Positions 18,031 to 26,387 of a stretch of 40,719 nt of DNA are shown one piece after another. The notes below the pieces were generated by a model that was not told where the DNA came from, did not search any database, and worked only from the letters and a program-made list of their open reading frames with translations. The DNA is taken from NCBI GenBank assembly GCA_039181265.1, contig JBCDCU010000003.1, positions 1 through 40,719 of the forward strand, written 5' to 3'. The translations under genes and the position numbers were made by a program. Position 1 is the first letter of the stretch; each line of letters begins with the position of its first letter. This DNA is from Pseudomonadota bacterium (GTDB lineage Bacteria > Pseudomonadota > Alphaproteobacteria > Rhizobiales > JACESI01).

Positions 18031-18525
18031 GTGGCTGCAACGAACAAGGCGGACCTGCTTCAGATCACCCGCAAGGAATTCGACAAGCTCGCGAAGCTGA
18101 TCGACGCGCTTGATGAAGACCTCGCTATGGCAAAGCAGGAAGACGACACGTCAATCAAAGACGTGATCGCCCACCGCGCCCATTGGATCGATCTCTTTCT
18201 TTGCTGGTATCACGACGGGCAGGCGGGAAAGACGGTCCACTTTCCGGCTGAAGGCTATAAGTGGAACGATCTTAAGCGCTACAACGCTGACTTGAGGGAA
18301 AAGCAGGCCGGGATCGGCTGGGTGGATGCCGTCACGATGCTCCGGGACCGTAACGCAAAGCTGGAAGCGTTCATTGAAAGTCTCTCCGAAGAGGCGCTTT
18401 ATGGCGGCCCGATGAAAGGAGCGTACAACAAATGGACGCCCGGCCGATGGGCTGAAGCGGCTGGACCAAGCCATTTTCGCTCTGCGTCGAAATTCATTCG
18501 CGCGGTCCTCAGAAAGCCACGGTAA
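18031..18525 (+). CDS. ClbS/DfsB-family (DUF1706, DinB-like four-helix bundle) protein
   Basis: ATNKADLL, SIKDVIAHRAHW, FPAEGYKWN and WAEAAGPSHF. Confidence 0.85.
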   Translation: MAATNKADLLQITRKEFDKLAKLIDALDEDLAMAKQEDDTSIKDVIAHRAHWIDLFLCWYHDGQAGKTVHFPAEGYKWNDLKRYNADLREKQAGIGWVDAVTMLRDRNAKLEAFIESLSEEALYGGPMKGAYNKWTPGRWAEAAGPSHFRSASKFIRAVLRKPR

Positions 18526-18684
18526 CGGGCTTTGCGATGATGGTGTGATGTCGAAGCGGTTCACTTCCTTCGAGGGCTCATTTACCTATGTTGCCGGAGA
18601 GGCGATCTCCCCCGGATTCGCTACTGGAAGCAGTCGAAAAACGACGTAGACGGCTAGTGTTGAACTATAAAACGGAGATGTTTC

Positions 18685-19152
18685 TTGCCGTGTTTTTTTC
18701 GTGTGCATTTGACAACACAAGAGATAATCGCGGCTCCAAAATATGCCCATGGTCGCTATTTGGCTGATGCAAAAATTGACCTCATCGGAGGAGCGGAAGC
18801 TTATGAACTCCGAACCTGCGATTTTTTCTTAGAGCGATGGGGTCTGTCCTGGTTCGGTCACTTTGAGGCAGTCGGCCGGTGGCCAAAGGGGGATAACTCA
18901 CCTGAAACAGGTGCGGCTTATCTGTGCTTGCACAATCTCACAATCCTTCGGGACGATTATCCGCCGCACGGGCAGCCATTTGAAGTTGGAGATCGTTTTG
19001 AGATGAGCAAGAACGGCAAATCCATCGGAGCATGCGTCATAACGCTGTTGCCGAATTATCGTGATTCTGTGCAATTGGACGCTCCGCACGACCCTCCAAG
19101 AATGGGGCTTTCCACGACACCTTGGGTCGAAGTTCCGCGCCCGTCTGAGTAA
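18685..19152 (+). CDS. Hypothetical protein
   Basis: GGAG RBS 7 nt before TTG. The C-terminal FEVGDRFEMSKNGKSIGACVI resembles an EF-Tu domain-III-like beta-barrel end. Confidence 0.55.
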   Translation: MPCFFRVHLTTQEIIAAPKYAHGRYLADAKIDLIGGAEAYELRTCDFFLERWGLSWFGHFEAVGRWPKGDNSPETGAAYLCLHNLTILRDDYPPHGQPFEVGDRFEMSKNGKSIGACVITLLPNYRDSVQLDAPHDPPRMGLSTTPWVEVPRPSE

Positions 19153-19323
19153 GGGGGCTGAGGTTTTCCGTCTCGCTATGGAGTTTGCAACTCCAAATAG
19201 ACGCCTCAATCCGCTTCTCCCCGCTTCAAATGACGCTCTTGATTGTTTATCCACCGTGGCTCTAAGGCAGGTGATATCGTTGACAAGTGTGAGCCGCTAT
19301 AAACAATAATCCAGTAAACTCAG

Positions 19324-19365
19324 AACGTAATTTCCCGTAAAAATAACGTAAATTCTGTTAAAAAA
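19324..19365 (+). promoter_or_regulatory. Helically phased direct repeats upstream of the YHS gene
   Basis: CGTAA, CGTAA, CGTAA and GTTAA at 19326, 19336, 19347 and 19357 (10-11 bp period), forming two imperfect 21-bp units. Confidence 0.5.
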
Positions 19366-19458
19366 TTCGATGCTTTCTCTTAAATCGATCTGAAGATCTC
19401 TCTGATAAATCCTACCTCGAAACCCACGCACAAAATCACTCAAAAAGGGAATCCAGGG

Positions 19459-20016
19459 ATGATCAAACACCTCAAGAAAGCAGCACTCGGCGTTTCCATG
19501 CTGGCGTTGACGGCAGCACCGTCGTTTGCCGGTGAGCAATATGTCGATCCAACCGGCTTTGCCGTGTCAGGTTATGATGTTGTTGCCTATTTCGACATGG
19601 AACAGGCTCCGGTTGGCGAAAAGCAGCCTGCTGCCGTTCCGGGCAAATCATCAATCAGCGCGGAATGGAACGGTGCTAAGTTCGCTTTCTCAAGCGTTGA
19701 GAACCGCGAGCGCTTCCTTGCCAATCCAGAAAAGTACGCGCCGCAATATGACGGTCACTGCGCATTCGGCGTCAAAATGGGCCTGAAGGTTCCGTCACAT
19801 CCGGACCTGTGGCGTATTGTCGATGGCAAGCTTTACCTCAACATCCGCCAGAAGGTCGTTGCACTTTGGGAAGAGGATGTACCAGGAAGCATTGTAGAGG
19901 CTGACACAAAGTGGAAAGAGCTTGAAGCAGCTCCTGCAAGCGACATGGCGGTTCCGGATTTCGAGATTGCAAACGCACCGATTAAAGAAGCTGCTGCCGT
20001 TTACGGCTCACATTAA
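19459..20016 (+). CDS. Exported YHS-domain (seleno)protein family member (Cys form)
   Basis: Signal peptide, AVSGYDVVAYF, FSSVENRERFLANPEKYAPQYDGHCAFG and WRIVDGKLYLN. Confidence 0.9.
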   Translation: MIKHLKKAALGVSMLALTAAPSFAGEQYVDPTGFAVSGYDVVAYFDMEQAPVGEKQPAAVPGKSSISAEWNGAKFAFSSVENRERFLANPEKYAPQYDGHCAFGVKMGLKVPSHPDLWRIVDGKLYLNIRQKVVALWEEDVPGSIVEADTKWKELEAAPASDMAVPDFEIANAPIKEAAAVYGSH

Positions 20017-20076
20017 TTGGAAAGAAGCGCCGCGCTTCATCGTGGACCGGCGCTGACAATTACCATTCATCGATTT

Positions 20077-20111
20077 GGCGGGCAGGGGGGCTCCTCTTGC
20101 CCGCCTTTTTT
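20077..20111 (+). terminator. Rho-independent terminator
   Basis: GGCGGGCAGGGG...CTCTTGCCCGCC followed by TTTTTT. Confidence 0.8.
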
Positions 20112-20215
20112 GGTCTCGCGCAAAGGCGTTCAGCGCAGTCTGGCAGCGACATACACACCCAAGCTTCGATTGCGTAGTATTCTGCGATAGTCTCCCCGCA
20201 AAGAATGAGGGATAG

Positions 20216-20635
20216 ATGCAGGCGCTTCGGATCGATCATGTCCATGTGGAAGTTGCAGACCGCGATGAGGCTGCTGACTGGTATCGCCAGACATTAGGTT
20301 TGAAGCGGCATGCGCCTCTTGCGAAATGGGCAGAGCACCCGATGGGGCCACTGATCCTGGAGGGTGGCGATGGTCACCCGGCGCTTGCGCTTTTTGCCCA
20401 CGAGGCAAGAGAGGTTTCACGGGATGCGACGATTGCGTTTCGGGTAACCGGCGACGATTTCCTGGCGTTCTTGGGAAAACTCGACGTTCTCGACCTCAAA
20501 GATGACAAGGGGAAAGAACTAACAAGAGCTGATATCGTCGACCATGACAGTGCCTGGTCGATCTATTTTGTCGATCCCGATCAGAACAGGCTCGAAGTGA
20601 CGACCTATGACTATGCCGTTGTGGCCAGCGCATGA
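20216..20635 (+). CDS. VOC/glyoxalase-family protein
   Basis: IDHVHVEVAD...WYRQTLGL, IAFRV and SIYFVDPDQNRLEVT. Confidence 0.9.
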   Translation: MQALRIDHVHVEVADRDEAADWYRQTLGLKRHAPLAKWAEHPMGPLILEGGDGHPALALFAHEAREVSRDATIAFRVTGDDFLAFLGKLDVLDLKDDKGKELTRADIVDHDSAWSIYFVDPDQNRLEVTTYDYAVVASA

Positions 20636-20666
20636 TTGAAGCTGGCGCGAAAAAAAGGCTCGTTTA

Positions 20667-21515
20667 ATGACTAAGCCTGACACGCTCACGCTTCTCGCCG
20701 GGCAGATTTCAGTCCCGAAGATGACCGCGCCGAAAGAACGGGATCTTCATCTTGAGGTGACAGCGGAGAAAGTTCGAGCTGCACTCCAACGAGCTGCGAC
20801 ACCGGTCGATATCGTGGTTCTGCCTGAACTCTCGAGCCTTGATTATTCGCGCGAGGCGTTTTCCCGGCTTGACCAACTTGCCGAACCGCTTGACGGGCCG
20901 TCATTTCGTGTCTGGCGGAAAATCGCTACGCAAGAAGGCGTCTTTGTTACCTACGGCTTCGCGCGAAAAAACGAAGGCGGGAACACGATTTGTACCGCCG
21001 TTGTGAACCCGGAAGGCAATCTCGTCGGGTATTACGATAAGCTCCATCTCGCGCAATATGGCGCGTCGATGGAAAAGGAGTACTTCCAACGCGGTGATCA
21101 TGTTTTCACGTTTGATGTCAAAGGCTTCCGGCTCGCGCCGATCATCTGTTACGACATCCGGATCCCGGAACTGACACGCACGCTGGTGATTGATCACAAG
21201 GTGGATCTGATCCTCCATTGCGGCGCTTATTACCGTGATGAGAGCTTTCCCTCCTGGCATGCCTTCGTAGTGACGCGTGCGCTCGAAAACCAGGTCTTTT
21301 TCCTGTCCTTAAATCGTGCGGGAGAAAATTTTGGAGCCTCGCTCTTCTGCCAACCCTGGCAGGATGACACGACCCCGATGACCCGTTTCGACGACACGAA
21401 TGAAGACTTTCGAACGCTTACATTGGACCGTCGCGTTCTTACAAGAGCGCGGTCTGACTATAGCTTTCTGGAAGACCGCCTGGATGACCATAGCATCGAT
21501 TTGATATCCGGTTGA
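20667..21515 (+). CDS. Carbon-nitrogen hydrolase (nitrilase superfamily)
   Basis: Glu-Lys-Cys triad motifs VLPEL, YDKLHL and ICYD, plus RALENQ. Confidence 0.92.
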   Translation: MTKPDTLTLLAGQISVPKMTAPKERDLHLEVTAEKVRAALQRAATPVDIVVLPELSSLDYSREAFSRLDQLAEPLDGPSFRVWRKIATQEGVFVTYGFARKNEGGNTICTAVVNPEGNLVGYYDKLHLAQYGASMEKEYFQRGDHVFTFDVKGFRLAPIICYDIRIPELTRTLVIDHKVDLILHCGAYYRDESFPSWHAFVVTRALENQVFFLSLNRAGENFGASLFCQPWQDDTTPMTRFDDTNEDFRTLTLDRRVLTRARSDYSFLEDRLDDHSIDLISG

Positions 21516-21593
21516 AATCGGCCGCTCTTATCCATTGACCTCGACAGACCTGTCGCCCAAATGCCTTTGAAACCCTGAGCGGACGGATCTTGC

Positions 21594-22169
21594 ATGGACC
21601 CCACAAGCTTTATCTTTGATATTCGTAAAGACGATATGCCGGAGGAGATGCGCATCCTACTTTCGGAATATCCGCGCGAAACATGGGAGACGCATCCGTG
21701 TTTTAAGGAAATGACGCGAGACTGGCTTGGCGCCCATCAGATGTTTCGCCGCCTGGCGGACCTCTTAAGGCAGGATGCGGAAGCCGTGCTCGACCGTCTG
21801 ATCGAGCCCGTGGAATATGCCCCACGCCTTTACCGTTTCGGCAATGCTCTGGTCGGCAGTCTTCGCGGTCACCATGCATGGGAGGATCATGAATATTTCC
21901 CGGAGCTTTCTGCCGCCGATCCGCGTTTCGTGCCCGCTATCGATGTTCTGGAAAAGGATCATGAGGCGCTGGATCAGGTTTTGAGCGCGTTTATCGAAGT
22001 CGGCGAGAACGCCGTTGAAATTGCGGGTAAGGATGACAAGAAAATGCGCGATCGCGTCGGCATACTTCATGGGATCACGGAGGCGATCGAAGCTTTGTTG
22101 GACCGTCATCTCGGCGACGAAGAAGAAATCGCCGTGCCGATCATCCTCCATTATCGCCTGCGGGGATAG
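21594..22169 (+). CDS. Hemerythrin/HHE-domain protein
   Basis: AHQMFR, GHHAWED..YFP, LEKDHE and RHLGDEEE. Confidence 0.87.
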   Translation: MDPTSFIFDIRKDDMPEEMRILLSEYPRETWETHPCFKEMTRDWLGAHQMFRRLADLLRQDAEAVLDRLIEPVEYAPRLYRFGNALVGSLRGHHAWEDHEYFPELSAADPRFVPAIDVLEKDHEALDQVLSAFIEVGENAVEIAGKDDKKMRDRVGILHGITEAIEALLDRHLGDEEEIAVPIILHYRLRG

Positions 22170-22175
22170 GGTCGC

Positions 22176-22772
22176 TTAGCCGCTGGTTTTAGAAGGCTCG
22201 AAGATAGCCCGGATCGCGGCTTCAAGACGCGGCTGCAGGAGTTCATCATTGGCGGGATCGAGTGCGTCCGGACCGATCAGATGACGCGCTACGTCGAACC
22301 CGGCGAGAACGCTTAAGATAAGTGCCGCGCGTATCTCCGCATCCTTGCCACCAAGCTGGGCTGCCAGTTCAGCAACCATCGGATTTCCCATTTCCTCTTT
22401 CACGATCTGCTGCGCGTCTTCAGATGAAGAGGACCGGATGGCAGCAAACATCGGATCGAATTTTGACGGATGCTTTTGTTTCGAAAGGGCGATCTTGGCG
22501 AGTTGCGCCGGAAGATCGTCCGCCTTCACATCGGCAAGCGGCTTAAGATCGATGCAATGCTCCATCACTTCACGAAAAAGCTCAGCCTTGCTTCCGAAAT
22601 AACGGTTGATGAGGGCGACATTGCAGCCTGCTTTTTGAGCGATATCGCGCGTCCCGGCGCCGTCAAAGCCGTGGATTGAAAAAACGAGGCGCGCGGCCTC
22701 AAGGATCGCGGCACGGGTTGCGCCGGCATCGCGTGCGCGTGTTTGGCTCTCTTTTTGATTTTGGTTCGTCAC
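22176..22772 (-). CDS. TetR-family transcriptional regulator
   Basis: TRAAILEAARLVF...GTRDIAQKAGCNVALINRYFGSKAELF. The likely start is GTG 22772. Confidence 0.93.
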   Translation of the reverse strand: MTNQNQKESQTRARDAGATRAAILEAARLVFSIHGFDGAGTRDIAQKAGCNVALINRYFGSKAELFREVMEHCIDLKPLADVKADDLPAQLAKIALSKQKHPSKFDPMFAAIRSSSSEDAQQIVKEEMGNPMVAELAAQLGGKDAEIRAALILSVLAGFDVARHLIGPDALDPANDELLQPRLEAAIRAIFEPSKTSG

Positions 22773-22776
22773 GTAT

Positions 22777-22825
22777 GTAAACACTTGTTGACTTGCTTTG
22801 GGTGCCCAAGTAAGCAAGTGATTAC
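22777..22825. promoter_or_regulatory. Two palindromic TetR operators
   Basis: GTAAACACTTGTTGAC (22777-22792) and GTAAGCAAGTGATTAC (22810-22825), consensus GTAAnCAnnTGnTtAC, in the divergent spacer. Confidence 0.7.
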
Positions 22826-22912
22826 TTCTCTGAGCGTTGCGATGATAAAGCACGGAATTCTCGTTTTCAGAAGAGATGGTCCTTGAATTTCCTGGTGATG
22901 AGGGGCGCTCCC

Positions 22913-23476
22913 GTGGGTGAGACAATTGAGATTATCGATCATAGCGAGTGGGTCGAACATCTGTTTGAGCCTTACCGGCAAGTGATCGGTCCGGATTTTC
23001 CGGCCTATCGGGGCCATGTTTATCGAACAATCACCTATGCCATGCACTTTCTGAACGGCGCGGAAGAGCATCGCAAAATGGTTGAGACGGTCTTTGTCTA
23101 TCATGACATCGGATTGTGGACGGCCAAAGATCTTGCTTATCTCGAACCGTCTGAAGATCTAGCTCTCACCGACAACCGGGAACTGCGTTTCGGGCTTGAT
23201 CCGGAAACTCTGCGCGCTGCGATCCACTGGCATCACAAGGTCACGCCGTATAAGGGGCCGAACGCAGATCTCGTCAATGCGGTTCGCAAGGGGGACTGGA
23301 TTGACGCTTCGCAGGGCATGGTGCGCCATGGTCTGTCGAAGGCTCAGATTGCCGCGGTGACGGCGGCGATCGATGATCACGGGTTTCCGCAGGTTCTCCA
23401 ACGCCTTGCAAAAGATATCCGCGGCTCGACGCTCTTCGGTAATTTGCGGGTTTTGCGGCGTGTCTTCAAATGGTGA
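22913..23476 (+). CDS. HD-motif putative phosphohydrolase
   Basis: YRGHVYR, YHDIGLW, WHHK and RKGDWID give an H...HD...HH...D metal set. The likely start is GTG 22913. Confidence 0.78.
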   Translation: MGETIEIIDHSEWVEHLFEPYRQVIGPDFPAYRGHVYRTITYAMHFLNGAEEHRKMVETVFVYHDIGLWTAKDLAYLEPSEDLALTDNRELRFGLDPETLRAAIHWHHKVTPYKGPNADLVNAVRKGDWIDASQGMVRHGLSKAQIAAVTAAIDDHGFPQVLQRLAKDIRGSTLFGNLRVLRRVFKW

Positions 23477-23515
23477 GGGGCGGGGAATTCATAAGCCACG
23501 TATGATGGCCGCTCA

Positions 23516-23542
23516 GCCGGGACCGCCGAAGCGGTCTCCGGT
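23516..23542. terminator. Hairpin between convergent genes
   Basis: GCCGGGACCGC-CGAA-GCGGTCTCCGGT. Confidence 0.5.
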
Positions 23543-23568
23543 ATAGTCTTGTAAAACACGCTATGAAC

Positions 23569-25128
23569 TTATCGACAAGCGGTTCTGCCTATGCATTGAC
23601 CAGTTTCCTCCAGGTAAACAGTGGAATGGCCAGGACTCCCTTTCGGCATCTTGACACCCTTCGCAATCATGAATTTGACACTGTGTCCGCCATACAAACC
23701 TGCGGGGAAACGGGAAATGTCCTTTTCGATCAGATAGAACCCGTCTCTTGTAAGCGTGATCGCTCCTTCTTTGATAAGCTGCAATAAACCAGCTTGTTGC
23801 GGGAGCACGTCATAGGACGACGCAGGTTTCGGAGAGATGACCTGCTCATGGTCGATTTCAACGATCCCTCCAGGATAGAATCTCTGAAGTTCGGCTGCTG
23901 TTCTCCCTTTGCGCCCGGTATTCAGTTTCGTTAGCTTCCCGTCGTTCCAGCGAAAAAGACCGTTCCCCGATTGTATCGTAACGCCGCGATCGGTTCGCGC
24001 GCTCTTGCGACCTTTTGTGGTGCCGGATGGCAGCGAGACCTCATGCAAAGTGTATTCGCCAACAAACGTGTCTACTGAACGTCCCAACAATCCCGATAGG
24101 CGGGCTCGCGCTATGCGGGCTTTGGCAGTATCCCTCTCTGCGAAGTGTCCGACACAAGCACCAGGTTCGGTGAAGGTGATCTGACTTTTCCTGAGACCGA
24201 CAACACCGGCCCCGCCACCTTCTTTTGTTTTGCGGGGTTGAACAACGAAGTTGGTAATTCGATCAGTCGCGCCGCTGATCCGCCAGATGAGCGGGTCATG
24301 CGTCCTCGTGAATATGTAAAGGGGTTGGTCCCCGGGTTCGATATGCAGAGCTGCCGTGGTCGTGGTTGCGTTGAGACCTGCAACTGAAGCCGATGAGATT
24401 GCGGAGCCTTCATAGCCACCGAGAAACACAACCTTAGCGGCCGGGTCCGCTTTTGGGAGTGTACAGACGTTTCGTCTGTTGTTTCCAGGCCGCTGGTGTC
24501 GGTTTCGTTTTGCGAGGCGACGCACCTCTGGAGCTTCTTTTGCAATTCTATCGATCGCTTCAGAGACCTCTTTGGAATCGACCTTGTTGTCTCCATTCAA
24601 GTCGAACGCCATGAGATCTTCTACGCTGTTCGGCCCGTGCGACCGGACCTTTTTGCTCCGTTCATTTCCAAACGCGATCAGCTCTTTATAGGAAATCGCG
24701 CCGTCATTGTCTTTGTCACCCTTAAGAAATAGGAGTTGATATCGTGATCGCGTCTGGCTCGGCTCGCTTTTCTCGACAGAAGCGCGTTCTGAGGCCGTCA
24801 GAACACCATCGCCATCAAGGTCGAGATGCAGGTAGGCTTGAATAAGCTTTGTGCGTCTTTTAACCTGCTGAACAGCCTGAAAGGCCGCAACATCCTGGCG
24901 GGTGACAACGCCCGTTTCATTCATCTGATAAAGTTGGTTTATGACCCGTGTTAAATAGCTATCTGGGTTCTGGCTGATCAGATGGCGAACGTTTAACGAT
25001 ACGTCCGGCGCTACCAGCGTTTTTTCTTGCGAACCAGAATCTGCTGTGTTCTGGGCATGCGCCGCTGGGATCGTGGAAAGAACGGAGACAAGAACGGTCG
25101 AAAGAAGGCAGGACAGATTACGCCGCAT
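23569..25128 (-). CDS. Secreted EF-hand (DxDxDG) calcium-binding protein with uncharacterised C-terminal domain
   Basis: Signal peptide ending AHA, then DLDGDGVLTASE, DKDNDGAISYKE and DLNGDNKVDSKE. An AGGTGA RBS precedes ATG 25128. Confidence 0.82.
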   Translation of the reverse strand: MRRNLSCLLSTVLVSVLSTIPAAHAQNTADSGSQEKTLVAPDVSLNVRHLISQNPDSYLTRVINQLYQMNETGVVTRQDVAAFQAVQQVKRRTKLIQAYLHLDLDGDGVLTASERASVEKSEPSQTRSRYQLLFLKGDKDNDGAISYKELIAFGNERSKKVRSHGPNSVEDLMAFDLNGDNKVDSKEVSEAIDRIAKEAPEVRRLAKRNRHQRPGNNRRNVCTLPKADPAAKVVFLGGYEGSAISSASVAGLNATTTTAALHIEPGDQPLYIFTRTHDPLIWRISGATDRITNFVVQPRKTKEGGGAGVVGLRKSQITFTEPGACVGHFAERDTAKARIARARLSGLLGRSVDTFVGEYTLHEVSLPSGTTKGRKSARTDRGVTIQSGNGLFRWNDGKLTKLNTGRKGRTAAELQRFYPGGIVEIDHEQVISPKPASSYDVLPQQAGLLQLIKEGAITLTRDGFYLIEKDISRFPAGLYGGHSVKFMIAKGVKMPKGSPGHSTVYLEETGQCIGRTACR

Positions 25129-25378
25129 AAAATCACCTATCGGTTTGAACAAATAAAATATTCTGCGCCGACACTACGGGAATAGGTGTAAAAGGACGCT
25201 TCTATTGACTGACGAATATTGGTTTTCTTGTTAAGGGGATTGTTAACCAGGCGCTTAGGGGCGCCGACCCTTTTCCCGTTCAAGTGACCAGATCGTCAGA
25301 TATGCACATTTTTGACGGCTCCGGTTCCTTCGCACAGCCTTTGGTGTTCCGCGTCACTTTGCTATCATCCAAACTGCC

Positions 25379-26065
25379 ATGACATGGATCGCCATCTCAA
25401 TCAGAGCCACGCTTGCCGGCCTCTTGCTGCTCTTTCCGGGAGCGACGGCTACGTTTGCTCAAACCCCGCCCTTGGCGTCAGAAATCTCAGCCTATGAGGG
25501 GCTTTTTAAGGCGGCTCATAAAGGTGATCTTGAAGCGCTTCAACGCCTTTCGAAAGACAACGAAAATCTCGGTATCCGCGACGGAAGAGGGCGCACGCCA
25601 TTACATGTCGCAGCCCATGCCTCCCACGAAGAGGCGCTTGAAATCCTGGTAAAGGCTGGTGCCGATCCGAACGCATTCGACAACCAGGCCTACGACATCG
25701 TGACGATTGCGGCCGTTGCGAATGATCTGCAGGTGCTCAAGACGGCCCTTGAGGTCGGGGCGTCTCCGGGCAACATCACAAGCCCCTATGAGGGGACGGC
25801 GTTGATCGCGGCGGCCCATCTCGGTCACCATGAGGTGGTGAAGATCCTGATCGATGCCGGTGCCCCAATAGACCATATCAACAATCTCCATTGGACAGCG
25901 CTTATGGAAGCAGTGGTCCTCGGCGATGGCGGCCCGGATCATGTGACGTCGGCGCGCCATCTCATCGAAGCTGGCGCGGATAAGGCCATTGCGGATAGGG
26001 ATGGTGTTACGCCACTCGAACATGCGAGGCGGCGCGGCTATTCCAAGATGATAGAGCTCTTCTAA
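25379..26065 (+). CDS. Exported ankyrin-repeat protein
   Basis: GRTPLHVAA, GTALIAAA, WTALMEAV and GVTPLEHA repeats, with a signal peptide. Confidence 0.92.
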   Translation: MTWIAISIRATLAGLLLLFPGATATFAQTPPLASEISAYEGLFKAAHKGDLEALQRLSKDNENLGIRDGRGRTPLHVAAHASHEEALEILVKAGADPNAFDNQAYDIVTIAAVANDLQVLKTALEVGASPGNITSPYEGTALIAAAHLGHHEVVKILIDAGAPIDHINNLHWTALMEAVVLGDGGPDHVTSARHLIEAGADKAIADRDGVTPLEHARRRGYSKMIELF

Positions 26066-26387
26066 GGCAGGCGGATGCGCCGTTTGGTCCCGGTTTCTGT
26101 CATTCTCTCAAGACGCAAACTGTGAAACACTTATTATCCGAAAGGTCAGTAAGACCAAGTGATTGTACGAATATTCTGCCAAAATCGCCGGCCTTAAGAC
26201 CAATAGGTGGGTTGAAGTGCAACACGTTCAATGCACAAGGATTTGAGCACTCCAACACAACGGAAATGCGTTGAAAATCAATATCGGGGAAAATAGGTGA
26301 AAGTCACTCGGCGCGGATAAATCGTCTTGAACGATCGCGCCCCTACGAGAGACGAAACCTCCCGCAGCAAACAAGTTCGGATAAACG

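Noticed and set aside
18678-18700. T7 tract that could phase-shift ATG 18678 into the 18685 ORF
   Set aside because: GGAG is ideally spaced for TTG 18685 and abuts the ATG, so no frameshift is needed.
19459-20016. Selenocysteine in the YHS (seleno)protein
   Set aside because: The motif GHCAFG uses TGC (Cys) and there is no in-frame TGA.
25231-25247. Possible CtrA box upstream of the EF-hand/ankyrin genes
   Set aside because: TTAA-N8-TTAAC has the wrong spacing (N7 is required).
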